Below are positions 52,282 through 62,876 of a stretch of 64,000 nucleotides of DNA, one piece after another. The position numbers were made by a program, and so were the translations under genes. The stretch covers positions 250,493-314,492 of the forward strand of contig SUUK01000002.1 of assembly GCA_015062535.1 (NCBI GenBank). Reading direction: 5' to 3'. The notes below the pieces were generated by a model. It saw only the letters and a program-made list of their open reading frames with translations, made no database searches and was not told the DNA's origin. Position 1 is the first letter of the stretch, and every line of letters begins with the position of its first letter. This DNA is from Alphaproteobacteria bacterium (GTDB lineage: Bacteria; Pseudomonadota; Alphaproteobacteria; RF32; CAG-239).

Positions 52282-54204
52282 ATGAGCAATAAAGTTTTAG
52301 GTATTGACCTTGGTACAACAAACTCTTGTTTTGCAATTATGGAAGGCGGAGAAGCTAAAGTTTTAGAAAACTCAGAAGGTGCTAGAACAACTCCTTCTAT
52401 GGTTGCTTTTACAGATGCAGATAGACTTGTTGGTTATCCAGCAAAACGTCAAGCAGTTACAAACCCAGAAAATACATTATTTGCGATTAAACGTTTAATC
52501 GGTCGTAGATATAATTCTAAAGAAGTTGAAAAAGATAAAGCTACATCTCCTTTTAAGATTATTGAAGGTGATAATGGTGATGCTTGGGTTGAAGTTAAAG
52601 GCACAAAATATGCTCCATCTCAAATCTCTGCTATTGTTTTGCAAAAAATTAAAGAATTTGCAGAAAGCTATTTAGGTGAAAAAATTGAAAAAGCAGTTAT
52701 TACTGTTCCTGCTTATTTTAATGATAGCCAAAGACAAGCTACAAAAGATGCTGGTAAAATTGCAGGCTTAGAAGTTTTACGTATTATCAACGAGCCAACT
52801 GCAGCAGCACTTGCTTATGGTATGGATAAAAAAGCAACAGGTACTATTGCAGTATATGACCTTGGTGGTGGTACATTCGATATTTCAATTTTGGAAATTG
52901 GTGATGGTGTGTTTGAAGTTAAGTCTACTAATGGTGATACATTCCTTGGTGGTGAAGACTTTGACCAAAGATTAGTTAACTATTTAGCTGATGAATTCAA
53001 AAAAGAAAACAATATTGACCTTAAGGCTGATAGACTTGCTCTTCAAAGATTAAAAGAAGCTGCAGAAAAAGCTAAAATTGAGCTTTCTTCTACAACTCAA
53101 ACAGAAGTTAATCTTCCATTTATTACAGCAGATATGAGCACAGGTACTCCAATCCCAATGCACTTGAATATTAAACTTACTCGTGCAAAACTTGAATCTA
53201 TTGTTGAAGATTTGATTGAAAGAACTGTTGAACCTTGTAAAAAAGCTATGGCTGATGCTGGTATTAACCCAAGTGAAATTAGCGAAGTAATTCTCGTTGG
53301 TGGTATGACACGTATGCCAAAAGTACAAGAAAAAGTTAAAGAAATCTTCGGTAAAGAACCTCATAAAGGTGTTAACCCTGATGAAGTAGTGGCTGTTGGT
53401 GCTGCTATTCAAGGTGGTGTGTTAATGGGTGATGTTAAAGACGTTTTACTTCTTGACGTTACTCCTTTATCTCTCGGTATTGAAACTTTAGGTGGTGTGT
53501 TTACTCGTTTGATTGATAGAAATACAACTATCCCAACACGTAAATCTCAAGTATTCTCTACTGCAGAAGATGGTCAAACAGCTGTTACTATTAGAGTATT
53601 CCAAGGTGAACGTGAAATTGCAGCTCATAACAAATTGCTTGGTCAATTTGATTTGGTTGATATTCCACCAGCACCACGTGGTATGCCTCAAATTGAAGTA
53701 ACATTTGATATTGATGCTAATGGTATTGTTAATGTTTCTGCAAAAGATAAAGCAACAAATAAAGAACAATCTATTCGTATTCAAGCAAGCGGTGGTTTAA
53801 GTGACGCAGATATCGAAAAGATGGTTAAAGATGCAGAAGCAAATGCTGAAGCAGATAAGAAGAAAAAAGAACTTGTTGAAGCTAAAAACCATGCAGAAGG
53901 TTTAATCCACACAACAGAAAAAACATTAAAAGAAAATTCTGATAAGATTAGTTCTGCAGATAAAAGCGCTATTGAAACAGCTGTTAGTGAATTAAAGGCT
54001 GTTGTTGATGGCGAAGATGTGGAAGCTATTAAAGCTAAATCTGATGCATTAATGCAAGCATCATTGAAACTTGGCGAAGCTATGTATAAAGCTCAAGGTG
54101 CAGATATGGGTGCGCAAGGAACAGCACAAGGTGCGCCAGAGAGTGATGCAAGTGGTAATGCTGATGAGAAGGTTGTTGATGCAGACTTCGAAGAAGTTAA
54201 ATAA
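52282..54204 (+). CDS. dnaK: Chaperone DnaK
   Basis: [36 protein letters not shown]. Confidence 0.99.
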   Translation: MSNKVLGIDLGTTNSCFAIMEGGEAKVLENSEGARTTPSMVAFTDADRLVGYPAKRQAVTNPENTLFAIKRLIGRRYNSKEVEKDKATSPFKIIEGDNGDAWVEVKGTKYAPSQISAIVLQKIKEFAESYLGEKIEKAVITVPAYFNDSQRQATKDAGKIAGLEVLRIINEPTAAALAYGMDKKATGTIAVYDLGGGTFDISILEIGDGVFEVKSTNGDTFLGGEDFDQRLVNYLADEFKKENNIDLKADRLALQRLKEAAEKAKIELSSTTQTEVNLPFITADMSTGTPIPMHLNIKLTRAKLESIVEDLIERTVEPCKKAMADAGINPSEISEVILVGGMTRMPKVQEKVKEIFGKEPHKGVNPDEVVAVGAAIQGGVLMGDVKDVLLLDVTPLSLGIETLGGVFTRLIDRNTTIPTRKSQVFSTAEDGQTAVTIRVFQGEREIAAHNKLLGQFDLVDIPPAPRGMPQIEVTFDIDANGIVNVSAKDKATNKEQSIRIQASGGLSDADIEKMVKDAEANAEADKKKKELVEAKNHAEGLIHTTEKTLKENSDKISSADKSAIETAVSELKAVVDGEDVEAIKAKSDALMQASLKLGEAMYKAQGADMGAQGTAQGAPESDASGNADEKVVDADFEEVK

Positions 54205-54311
54205 AATTTAAGTGTCTAATCGTGAATGGATGTCCCTCGTTGGTCAGGTTATGTAGATTTTACTACACTTACTTACTCGGGGGACATTTACTTCTATCTA
54301 TCTTAAATTTT
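54203..54311. repeat. Second member of the small inverted-repeat element family found after ugd
   Basis: Ends AAAATTTAAGTGTCTA and TCTATCTATCTTAAATTTT match the 42402/42511 ends; shared CATTTACTTCT; nested internal hairpin. Confidence 0.7.
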
Positions 54312-54402
54312 TAGAGGGGAAATATTGTGTCCCCCTTTTTTGTTTGCATAAAATGTTTTTTTAGTTTATGAGTTTGTGTAGACTAATTTTATGAGGTGAG
54401 TT

Positions 54403-54882
54403 ATGGAAAAAATTGCAAGTTTTATGGTTAATCATTTAAATTTATTGCCGGGGGTTTATGTTTCTAGAATTGATGATTTTGATGGTAAGTTTATTACAAC
54501 TTTTGATATTCGTATGACAAGACCAAATTTTGAGCCAGTGATGAATACTGCAGAAATTCATACTATTGAGCATCTTGGAGCTACATTCATGCGTAATCAT
54601 AAAGATTATGCAAAAAAAACAGTATATTTTGGACCTATGGGATGTAGAACAGGTTTTTATTTGCTTTTAGAGGGTAAATATAGTTCAAAAGAAGTAGTGC
54701 CATTGATGAAGGAAATGTTTGATTTTATTCGTAAATTTGAAGGTGAAGTTCCAGGGGCTGTTGCTCGTGATTGTGGTAATTATTTGGATATGAACCTTAA
54801 TATGGCAAAGTATCTTGCTAATAAATATTATGAAGAAGTGCTAGAAAATATTACAATTGAGCGATTAGAATATCAAGATTAA
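54403..54882 (+). CDS. luxS: S-ribosylhomocysteine lyase LuxS
   Basis: HTIEHL, GPMGCRTGFY, CGNY. Confidence 0.96.
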   Translation: MEKIASFMVNHLNLLPGVYVSRIDDFDGKFITTFDIRMTRPNFEPVMNTAEIHTIEHLGATFMRNHKDYAKKTVYFGPMGCRTGFYLLLEGKYSSKEVVPLMKEMFDFIRKFEGEVPGAVARDCGNYLDMNLNMAKYLANKYYEEVLENITIERLEYQD

Positions 54883-54887
54883 GACAT

Positions 54888-54916
54888 AAAAAAAGCGTCC
54901 CCTTGAGAGGGACGCT
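54888..54916. terminator. Terminator between convergent luxS and lipoprotein genes
   Basis: AGCGTCCC/GGGACGCT stem with an A-run upstream. Confidence 0.75.
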
Positions 54917-54939
54917 AATTTTTTTGGGACTTCTTAGCA

Positions 54940-56160
54940 TTATTCGTGCTGAAGAAGGGTGGTTCTTCCTGTGCCTTCAGTGAACTTAACACCGTTGCAG
55001 TATCCCTCAACAGAGAGTACGCGGGTGCCAAGATAACCTTCAGTTGAAACTTGCTCGTTTACAACCTCGTTCTTAACCACCTTTAATTCAGGGGTAAAGT
55101 TGAAGTGATACTCGCAATTTTCGTCCTTGTAGGTAACCTTCATGCCGTAAAGCATGAGGAGGTCAGTGTGACCGACTTCAAGTCCGTTATGGTTCCAATC
55201 GGCTCTGAAGTTGTTCTCCTGGGATGTTGAAATCCAAGAGAAAGCACCGCTTGCACCACTTTCTTCCATAACCTCACCTTTGGTGTAGGTATTAGAAGAC
55301 ATTTCGGAATTGAAAACCTTCAAGGTTTCGTCACCCGGAAGGCCCATCTCAGCAACGGTTAAGGTCTTTTGAGCTATCTTAACAGTGTCAGCAGGCTGTA
55401 AAGCCTTTGGTGTCACCTTATATACGATGAACTTGCATTTCATCGCGTTGTTCTTTACTGTGACAATAGTGTCACAGAAGAAATAAGGATCCTCCACCAC
55501 AGAGATTTCAGGCTGAGGGATTTCCTGATAATAATAAGGTGCCACCATAATGGTGTCTCGCTTATAACTATCAGTGGTACCGACAACTGAATAACTAACC
55601 TCATAGTTGAGGGTTACTCGGTTAAGGCGGTCATTATTCTCAACAGCTGAGAGTTCAGCATTTTTGAAAACAATGTTGTTGATTTCTACGTGAGCGCAAT
55701 CGTCGATTGACTCATCATAGTTTTCAACAAAACCATATACCCACTCTGCCTTAATTTCTGCAGACTGGCCGTCTGAGAAAGCGTCGTTTCCGGTCATGGA
55801 ATAACTCTTGTTAACTCCATTCCAATCCTTGAGCTCAGCATCACTGAGGTTCGAAGTCTTGATGCTAGGTGTTGAAAACTCCTCTACATCGACAGTGTCG
55901 AGAAGAAGAGAAATTTCAGCTTTAGCACTCACTTCAAACTTCTGGTTTTCTGCACCCACAGATGTGGTGGCGTTTCCAGACAACTTAGCTGTTGCAAAAC
56001 CCATCTCGTTCTTATAACTTACGTTATAAGACAGATTCTTGTTTGCAACGGGGTTGTAGTTTTCGAGGACGTCTTCACCTGAGCATGAGCTCATGAGGAA
56101 CATTACAACCATTCCCATTACACATGCCAAAAGGCTTGTGTTGTTTGTTCTTTTTGCCAT
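54940..56160 (-). CDS. Hypothetical lipoprotein, atypical codon usage
   Basis: Signal peptide with MSSC lipobox followed by acidic SGEDVLE; beta-rich; no SD. Confidence 0.78.
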   Translation of the reverse strand: MAKRTNNTSLLACVMGMVVMFLMSSCSGEDVLENYNPVANKNLSYNVSYKNEMGFATAKLSGNATTSVGAENQKFEVSAKAEISLLLDTVDVEEFSTPSIKTSNLSDAELKDWNGVNKSYSMTGNDAFSDGQSAEIKAEWVYGFVENYDESIDDCAHVEINNIVFKNAELSAVENNDRLNRVTLNYEVSYSVVGTTDSYKRDTIMVAPYYYQEIPQPEISVVEDPYFFCDTIVTVKNNAMKCKFIVYKVTPKALQPADTVKIAQKTLTVAEMGLPGDETLKVFNSEMSSNTYTKGEVMEESGASGAFSWISTSQENNFRADWNHNGLEVGHTDLLMLYGMKVTYKDENCEYHFNFTPELKVVKNEVVNEQVSTEGYLGTRVLSVEGYCNGVKFTEGTGRTTLLQHE

Positions 56161-56176
56161 ATTGATTTGGTTTTAT

Positions 56177-56403
56177 GCCAGGGCTTAAGGGGAAAGATGA
56201 CCTTCCTTAAACTACCTGGCTGGTTAATAAATAAATTAATTAATTCAAAGAAAAAAAATAGGTACTTTTCTTTTGATATCAATTAATTTTAAGCCTGAAA
56301 CTTAAAACAATATGACAACAAAAAGAAGAATAATTTACTTAAAAATTATACATAATACCTACTTTGACAAAAGTATAATAGCATATTTTTTAAGGCATTG
56401 CAA
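56177..56403 (-). promoter_or_regulatory. Sigma70 promoter plus long-hairpin leader of the orphan lipoprotein
   Basis: TTGCAA-17-TATTAT on - strand; interrupted stem 56245-56367; second stem 56177-56220. Confidence 0.55.
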
Positions 56404-56528
56404 TAGTTTTTTTAAATAAAATTGCCAAAAAACAAGTGGTTTCTTTAAATTGTCTAAAAGAAATAAGAAAAATAATTAAAGAAATTTAGGTATAAAAAAA
56501 GCAGGCTTTTTACCTGCTTTTTGTTTTT

Positions 56529-58400
56529 TTAGAGCTCTGGAACCGAGGCTTTGGTTTTCTTTTCTTCTGGAACAGGAGCATCTTTTGATTTATCAACTAT
56601 TTTACCATCTAAAACGTCTTTTATCTCATCTCCAGTTAATGTTTCATATTCCATAAGAGCAAGAGCTAGGGTTTCCCAATCTTTTTTGTGCTTGGTCAAG
56701 ATTTTTTTAGCCTCTTCATAACCATCTGTTACTAAGCGTTTTATCTCTGCGTCAACTAAACGAGCTGTTTCTTCACTCATGTTTTGATTTTGGGTAACAG
56801 AACGACCTAAGAATACTTCATTTGAGTTTTCTGAGTAACGGATTGGACCTAAAATATCGCTCATACCCCATTCTGTAACCATCGCACGAGCAAGGTTTGT
56901 AGCCGCATTGATATCTGATGAAGCACCAGATGTTACGGCTTCATAGCCAAACTTTAGTTCTTCGGCAACTCGTCCACCCATAAGGATTGCTAGACGTGAT
57001 AACATTTGTTGACGAGTGTATGAGTATTTGTCTTTTTCAGGAAGTTGCTGAACCATACCAAGCGCACGTCCACGTGGGATAATGGTTGCTTTGTGAATTG
57101 GGTCAGTGTCTTTTACGTTTAATGAGCAAATAGCATGACCTGCTTCATGGTAAGCAGTTAGCTGTTTTTCTTTTTCATCCATTGCCATAGATTTGCGCTC
57201 ATTGCCCATTAGAACTTTGTCTTTAGCATCATCAAAATCTATAGATGATACTTTTAATTTGTTTTTACGAGCGGCAAGAAGAGCTGCCTCATTAACAAGG
57301 TTTGCTAAATCTGCACCAGAAAAGCCAGGTGTTCCACGAGCAACAACACTTAAGTTTACATCTTTGGCAAGAGGAACTTTACGAGTGTGTACTTTTAAGA
57401 TTTCTTCTCTACCTTTTACGTCTGGATTGTTTACGGTTACTTGACGATCAAAACGTCCTGGACGAAGAAGAGCAGGGTCTAAAACGTCTGGTCTATTGGT
57501 TGCGGCAATTAAAATGATGTTTTCGTTTGCATCAAAACCATCCATTTCTACTAAGAGTTGGTTTAGGGTTTGCTCACGTTCATCATTTCCACCACCAAGA
57601 CCTGCACCACGATGACGACCAACAGCATCTATTTCGTCTATAAACAAAAGACATGGAGCATTCTTTTTAGCTTGAGCAAACATATCACGAACACGAGATG
57701 CACCAACACCTACAAACATTTCTACAAAGTCTGAACCAGAAATTGAGAAAAATGGTACATTTGCTTCACCTGCTACGGCTTTGGCAAGTAATGTTTTACC
57801 TGTTCCTGGAGGGCCAACAAGAAGTACACCCTTTGGAATTTTACCGCCTAAACGTTGGAATTTTTGTGGTTCTTTTAAGAAATCTATAATTTCTTCTAGT
57901 TCTTGTTTGCTCTCGTCAGCACCTGCAACATCTTTAAATGTAACTTTTTTTAGGTTTTCAACTAGTTTGGCACGAGATTTACCAAAACTCATAGCCTTGT
58001 TGTTACCAGAGTTTGCTTGGCGCATAAAGAATATCCATACACCAATTAATAAAAGCATAGGGAACCATGAGATTAAAATTCCCCAAAAAGTAGTTTCTGC
58101 AGTTTCAATTGGTTTGGCTTCTATTTTAACATTTTGCTTTCTTAAAGTTTCAACCATGTTAGGGTCAAATGGGGCATATGTTTTAAATTTTGTGCCATTT
58201 ACATATGTTCCAAAAATATCATTACCGATAATGGTTACGGTGTCTATTTGACCTTCTTCTGCGCTATTCATAAATTCTGAAAAAGCGATTTTAGAATTAG
58301 ATAATTGTCTTGTTTCGGGGTTAAAGCTATTTAGCATAACGCTCAGTAGTACAAAACTTATAATCCAAAATAAAATATGTTTTCCTGATTTCATAAACAA
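56529..58400 (-). CDS. ftsH: ATP-dependent zinc metalloprotease FtsH
   Basis: Two TM segments, [29 protein letters not shown]. Confidence 0.99.
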   Translation of the reverse strand: MFMKSGKHILFWIISFVLLSVMLNSFNPETRQLSNSKIAFSEFMNSAEEGQIDTVTIIGNDIFGTYVNGTKFKTYAPFDPNMVETLRKQNVKIEAKPIETAETTFWGILISWFPMLLLIGVWIFFMRQANSGNNKAMSFGKSRAKLVENLKKVTFKDVAGADESKQELEEIIDFLKEPQKFQRLGGKIPKGVLLVGPPGTGKTLLAKAVAGEANVPFFSISGSDFVEMFVGVGASRVRDMFAQAKKNAPCLLFIDEIDAVGRHRGAGLGGGNDEREQTLNQLLVEMDGFDANENIILIAATNRPDVLDPALLRPGRFDRQVTVNNPDVKGREEILKVHTRKVPLAKDVNLSVVARGTPGFSGADLANLVNEAALLAARKNKLKVSSIDFDDAKDKVLMGNERKSMAMDEKEKQLTAYHEAGHAICSLNVKDTDPIHKATIIPRGRALGMVQQLPEKDKYSYTRQQMLSRLAILMGGRVAEELKFGYEAVTSGASSDINAATNLARAMVTEWGMSDILGPIRYSENSNEVFLGRSVTQNQNMSEETARLVDAEIKRLVTDGYEEAKKILTKHKKDWETLALALMEYETLTGDEIKDVLDGKIVDKSKDAPVPEEKKTKASVPEL

Positions 58401-58457
58401 TATACCTTGTAGATAATATGGTTAAAACTTTGACGATAATATATCGAACTTTTATAC

Positions 58458-58490
58458 TATATAGAGTGTTTGGAAGTAAAACTCAATAGC
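58458..58490 (-). promoter_or_regulatory. Putative RpoH (sigma32) promoter of ftsH
   Basis: GCTATTG-N17-CTCTATATA on - strand, nearly identical boxes to the dnaK motif. Confidence 0.62.
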
Positions 58491-58571
58491 AATTTTTATT
58501 TTTTAGCTAAAAAGTTTTTAACTACAATTTAACATAGTTCTTCTAGTCTTTTAAAAGAGGTTTTAGTTAAG

Positions 58572-59537
58572 ATGATTAAGAAGTTTAAAAAAGAATTTGT
58601 TGCTTTTTTGATTGCTATTTTGGGAATCGCTTTAGCAAGTTTTTTGTTTTGGGATAAAAAAGTAAAAGTAAGTGTGATTGTGCCGGTTTATAATACTGAA
58701 ATGTATTTGGAAAAATGTTTAAGTTCGTTGAAAAATCAAACCTTAAAAGAAATGGAGTTTATTGTTATAGATGATGGTTCAACAGATAAATCTTTTGAGA
58801 TAATGAAAAAATATGCAAAAGAGGATAAACGTTTTAGAGTATATTCAAAAGAAAATGAAGGGGTTGGTAAAACTAGAAATTTAGGAATTGAGCTTGCTAA
58901 AGGTGAATATATAGGGTTTGTTGATAGTGATGACTTTGTAAGTAATGATTATTTTGAAGAATTATATAATAGCGCTAAAAAAATGGATGCAGAAATTAGT
59001 GTTAGTCCAAATGTTTATATGATAGAAAATAATAAATCAAAAAAAATATCTCGTCCGATAGATAGTCATAGAAATAAAGAGGTTATTGATGATTTTTCAT
59101 TTTTGATATCAGATGCTGGTGAACAATGGGATAAGATTTATAAAAAAAGCTTTTTAGATAAATATAATATTAGATGTTTAGAAGACAGAGTTTGGTTTGA
59201 AGATGTATGGTTTTCAACCTTGGTTGCTATATATGCTAAAAAAGTTGTGGTGGCAAAAAAGGGGGAATATTATTGCCTTTTAAGACCGGGGAGTCTTAGT
59301 GAGTTTTGGAATATTAGTGAAGAATTTTTATTTAAAGGTCTAAAGCTTTATAAAGATTTTTTTGTGGTAGTTAAAGATTTAGATGTAGATGAAAAAAGGA
59401 GATTACATTTAAGGCTAAAGCTCCGTGAGAAAATGTATATGTTTGTATCAATATTTAAAGAAACATTTGATGGTAATGAAAATGTAAAAAATAAAGTTAA
59501 CGAGTACATTTTGAGTTTAGAAGATTTAGTTAAATAG
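58572..59537 (+). CDS. Glycosyltransferase family 2
   Basis: VSVIVPVYN, IDDGSTD, GFVDSDD, FED; N-terminal anchor. Confidence 0.92.
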   Translation: MIKKFKKEFVAFLIAILGIALASFLFWDKKVKVSVIVPVYNTEMYLEKCLSSLKNQTLKEMEFIVIDDGSTDKSFEIMKKYAKEDKRFRVYSKENEGVGKTRNLGIELAKGEYIGFVDSDDFVSNDYFEELYNSAKKMDAEISVSPNVYMIENNKSKKISRPIDSHRNKEVIDDFSFLISDAGEQWDKIYKKSFLDKYNIRCLEDRVWFEDVWFSTLVAIYAKKVVVAKKGEYYCLLRPGSLSEFWNISEEFLFKGLKLYKDFFVVVKDLDVDEKRRLHLRLKLREKMYMFVSIFKETFDGNENVKNKVNEYILSLEDLVK

Positions 59538-59694
59538 TGTAAAAAAAGTATTTGTAAAAATTAAATTTTAAAACACAAGATTTAGTAATAATCCGAAATA
59601 TTAAGTGTTCTGATGAGGGTTTTAAACGTCTTGTTAATTTATTTTAATGTATTATAGTGGCACTAGTTTTAATAAGTTAGGAGTATAGTAAATT

Positions 59695-62322
59695 ATGGCA
59701 AAAGAAAAAGAGGTTCAGACAGTAGAAGAACAAGAAAAACAATATATTGACAACTTAGTGGCAAGAGTTGCAGAAGCTCAAAAGAAGTATGCAGAATTTA
59801 GCCAAGAACAAGTTGACTATATTTTTAGAAGAGTAGCTTTAAAACTCAGTTCTTTGAGAATCCCTTTAGCAAAAATGGCTGTTAGTGAAACAGGTATGGG
59901 TGTTGTAGAAGATAAAGTAATTAAGAATCACTTTGCTTCTGAGTATATCTATAATAAGTATAAAAATGCAAAAACATGTGGCGTTTTAGAAGAAGATACT
60001 GCAAATGGTATGATTAAAATAGCTGAGCCAGTTGGTGTTATTGCTGGTGTTATTCCAACAACTAACCCAACATCTACAACTATTTTTAAGACATTGATTG
60101 CTCTTAAGACCAGAAATGGTATTATTTTCTCTCCACACCCAAGAGCAAAAAAATGTACAGTTGAAACAGCTCGTATTATGTTAGAAGAAGCTGTTAAAGC
60201 AGGTGCTCCAGAAGGTATTATTGGATGGATTGAAGAGCCATCAATTCTTAAAACACAATACTTAATGCAAGATGCTGATTTGATTTTGGCAACAGGTGGT
60301 CCTGGTATGGTAAAATCTGCATATAGTTCTGGTACTCCAGCACTTGGTGTTGGTGCAGGTAATACTCCTGCTGTTATTGATGAAACAGCTGATATTGAAA
60401 TGGCTGTATCTTCTGTTTTGATGAGTAAAACATTTGATAACGGTATGATTTGTGCATCAGAACAATCTGTTGTTATTGTTAAAGATATTTATGAAGATGT
60501 TAAAGCAGAATTCTTAAAAAGAGGCGCTTACATCTTAAATTCTAAAGAAAAAGAAAAATTAGCTGGCGTGATAATGGTTGATGGTCATTTGAATGCTGCA
60601 ATTGTTGGTCAAAGCGCTTATAAAATTGCTGAAATGGCTGGCATTAAAGTTAATGAAGAAACAAAAGCATTAATTGCTGAATGTTCAAAAGTTGGTACAG
60701 AAGAACCATTTTCTGCTGAGAAGTTATCACCAGTTCTTGCTATGTATAAGGCTGATGATTTTGAAAAAGCTGTTGTGCTTGCAAAATCTTTAGTTTCTTT
60801 TGGTGGTAAAGGACATACTTCTGTTTTATATACCAACCCAATGAATAATGATAGAATTAAACATTATGGTCATGTTATGATTACTGGTCGTGTGTTGATT
60901 AACTGTCCTGCATCTCAAGGTGCTATTGGTGACGTATATAACTTTAGATTAGAACCATCTCTTACATTAGGTTGTGGTTCTTGGGGCGGTAACTCTGTAA
61001 GTGAAAATGTGGGAGTAAAACATCTTATGAATATTAAAAGTGTAGCTAGTAGAAAAGAAAATATGTTATGGTTTAAGGTTCCACCAAAAGTTTACTTTAA
61101 ACCAGGTTGCTTAAGCCTTGCATTAAAAGAACTTAAAGGCAAGAAGAGAGCATTTATTGTAACAGATAAACCTTTGTTTGATTTAGGTTATACAAAGAAA
61201 GTTACAGATGTTTTGGATGAAATTGGTGTTCAATACAAAATATTCTCAGATGTTCACCCAGATCCAGACTTAACAACTGTTAATATGGCTATTGGTACTC
61301 TTCGTTCATTTGAGCCAGATGTAATTATTGCTCTTGGTGGTGGTTCACCAATCGACGCTGGTAAGATTATGTGGTTAATGTATGAACATCCAGAATTAAA
61401 ATTTGAAGATTTAGCAATGCGCTTTATGGATATTCGTAAACGTGTATTTGAATTCCCTAATTTAGGTGAAAAAGCAGATATGGTTGCTATTCCTACAACA
61501 TCTGGTACTGGTTCTGAAGTTACTCCATTCTCTATTATTACAGATGATGCAGAAGGCGTTAAATATGCAGTTGCAGATTATGTATTTACACCAACAATGG
61601 CAATTGTTGACTCTGATTTAGTTTTGTCAATGCCTAAGGGATTATGTGCAGCTTCTGGTATTGACGTATTAACTCACGCTATTGAGTCTTATGTATCTTC
61701 TATGGCAACAGACTTTACAAGACCACTTTCTATTGAGGCTGGTCGTGAGGTATTTGATTACTTACCACAATCTTATGCAACAGCTGATGTTGGCGCTAGA
61801 GAAAAAATGCACCATGCATCTACAATTGCTGGTATGGCTTTTGCTAATGCATTTTTAGGTGTATGTCACTCTATGGCTCACAAGTTAGGTTCTCAATTTA
61901 ACATTCCTCATGGTGTTGCTAATGCGCTTCTTATTTCTCAAGTTATTCGCTATAATGCAACAGAGAAACCTAATAAACAATGTGCATTTCCTCAATATCG
62001 TTTCCCTAATGCTAAAGAAGCTTATGCTAGTTATGCAACAGCTATGGGCTTTAAGGGTAAGACAGATGATGAGAAGGTTACAGCTCTTATCAATGGTATT
62101 GAAGAATTGAAGAAGAAAGTTGGTATTCCTTCTTCTATTAAAGATTGGTTTGCTATTCGTGGTGAATATACTAAAGAAGACTTCCAAAAAGCTATGGAAA
62201 CTCTTCCAGAATTAGCATTTGATGACCAATGTACTGGTTCTAACCCTCGTTATCCATTGATTAAAGAAATTAAAAAGCTTTATGAATTGGCTTATGAAGG
62301 TGTTACAGATTTTGATATTTAG
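59695..62322 (+). CDS. adhE: Bifunctional acetaldehyde-CoA/alcohol dehydrogenase
   Basis: PTTNPTST, ATGGPGMV, KTFDNGMICASEQ, GCGSWGGNS, GGGSPID, HSMAHKLG. Confidence 0.97.
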   Translation: MAKEKEVQTVEEQEKQYIDNLVARVAEAQKKYAEFSQEQVDYIFRRVALKLSSLRIPLAKMAVSETGMGVVEDKVIKNHFASEYIYNKYKNAKTCGVLEEDTANGMIKIAEPVGVIAGVIPTTNPTSTTIFKTLIALKTRNGIIFSPHPRAKKCTVETARIMLEEAVKAGAPEGIIGWIEEPSILKTQYLMQDADLILATGGPGMVKSAYSSGTPALGVGAGNTPAVIDETADIEMAVSSVLMSKTFDNGMICASEQSVVIVKDIYEDVKAEFLKRGAYILNSKEKEKLAGVIMVDGHLNAAIVGQSAYKIAEMAGIKVNEETKALIAECSKVGTEEPFSAEKLSPVLAMYKADDFEKAVVLAKSLVSFGGKGHTSVLYTNPMNNDRIKHYGHVMITGRVLINCPASQGAIGDVYNFRLEPSLTLGCGSWGGNSVSENVGVKHLMNIKSVASRKENMLWFKVPPKVYFKPGCLSLALKELKGKKRAFIVTDKPLFDLGYTKKVTDVLDEIGVQYKIFSDVHPDPDLTTVNMAIGTLRSFEPDVIIALGGGSPIDAGKIMWLMYEHPELKFEDLAMRFMDIRKRVFEFPNLGEKADMVAIPTTSGTGSEVTPFSIITDDAEGVKYAVADYVFTPTMAIVDSDLVLSMPKGLCAASGIDVLTHAIESYVSSMATDFTRPLSIEAGREVFDYLPQSYATADVGAREKMHHASTIAGMAFANAFLGVCHSMAHKLGSQFNIPHGVANALLISQVIRYNATEKPNKQCAFPQYRFPNAKEAYASYATAMGFKGKTDDEKVTALINGIEELKKKVGIPSSIKDWFAIRGEYTKEDFQKAMETLPELAFDDQCTGSNPRYPLIKEIKKLYELAYEGVTDFDI

Positions 62323-62339
62323 TAATATCAAACCAAAAG

Positions 62340-62369
62340 AAAAGAGGGTAAGAAATTGCCCTCTTTTTT
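62340..62369. terminator. Bidirectional terminator
   Basis: AAAAGAGGGTAA/TTGCCCTCTTTT. Confidence 0.78.
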
Positions 62370-62391
62370 GTTGCTTGAAAATTAAAATAAA

Positions 62392-62874
62392 TTAGCAATT
62401 AGTGTTTTTAGAATTGCGGATAAATTCGGCAACAATTAGAGCTGCTTTAATTGGGTTATTAAAATCTACTTGTAATTCTTTGTTTAGTTCGCAAACGCCA
62501 TTATTGATGTCATATTGGCAATATGGGGTTACAAAATATTTTCCATAAACGTTTGAGTCGTCAATATGAAAGCCTATATTTTCTTTTGCACAATATTCGG
62601 CTTTAGCTCTATTCCATAACTCAGTTGGAACTTGGAAACTTCCATCATCAAAGTATGAAACTTGTCCTTTGGTTTCACAATGGTCTAAAATTCCCCATAC
62701 ATTGTCATATTCAATATGATGTTGGTGAAGATAGCGGATAATATCTTTTTCGGGTCCTCCACTGATGATATATACTTTTATGCCATGCTTTCTAATCTCT
62801 CGGCAGAATTCTTTAAATGCGTCGGGATAACTTGAGATTACTCCATGAAAATCTAAACCTATTTTATTTTCCAT
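62392..62874 (-). CDS. HAD-like hypothetical protein
   Basis: IGLDFHGVI (variant motif I), IISG, KAEYC, HIDD. Confidence 0.65.
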   Translation of the reverse strand: MENKIGLDFHGVISSYPDAFKEFCREIRKHGIKVYIISGGPEKDIIRYLHQHHIEYDNVWGILDHCETKGQVSYFDDGSFQVPTELWNRAKAEYCAKENIGFHIDDSNVYGKYFVTPYCQYDINNGVCELNKELQVDFNNPIKAALIVAEFIRNSKNTNC

Positions 62875-62876
62875 AA

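Noticed and set aside
59631-59648. Rex operator upstream of adhE
   Set aside because: Only the left half (TTGTTAA) matches; the right half is poor in AT-rich DNA.
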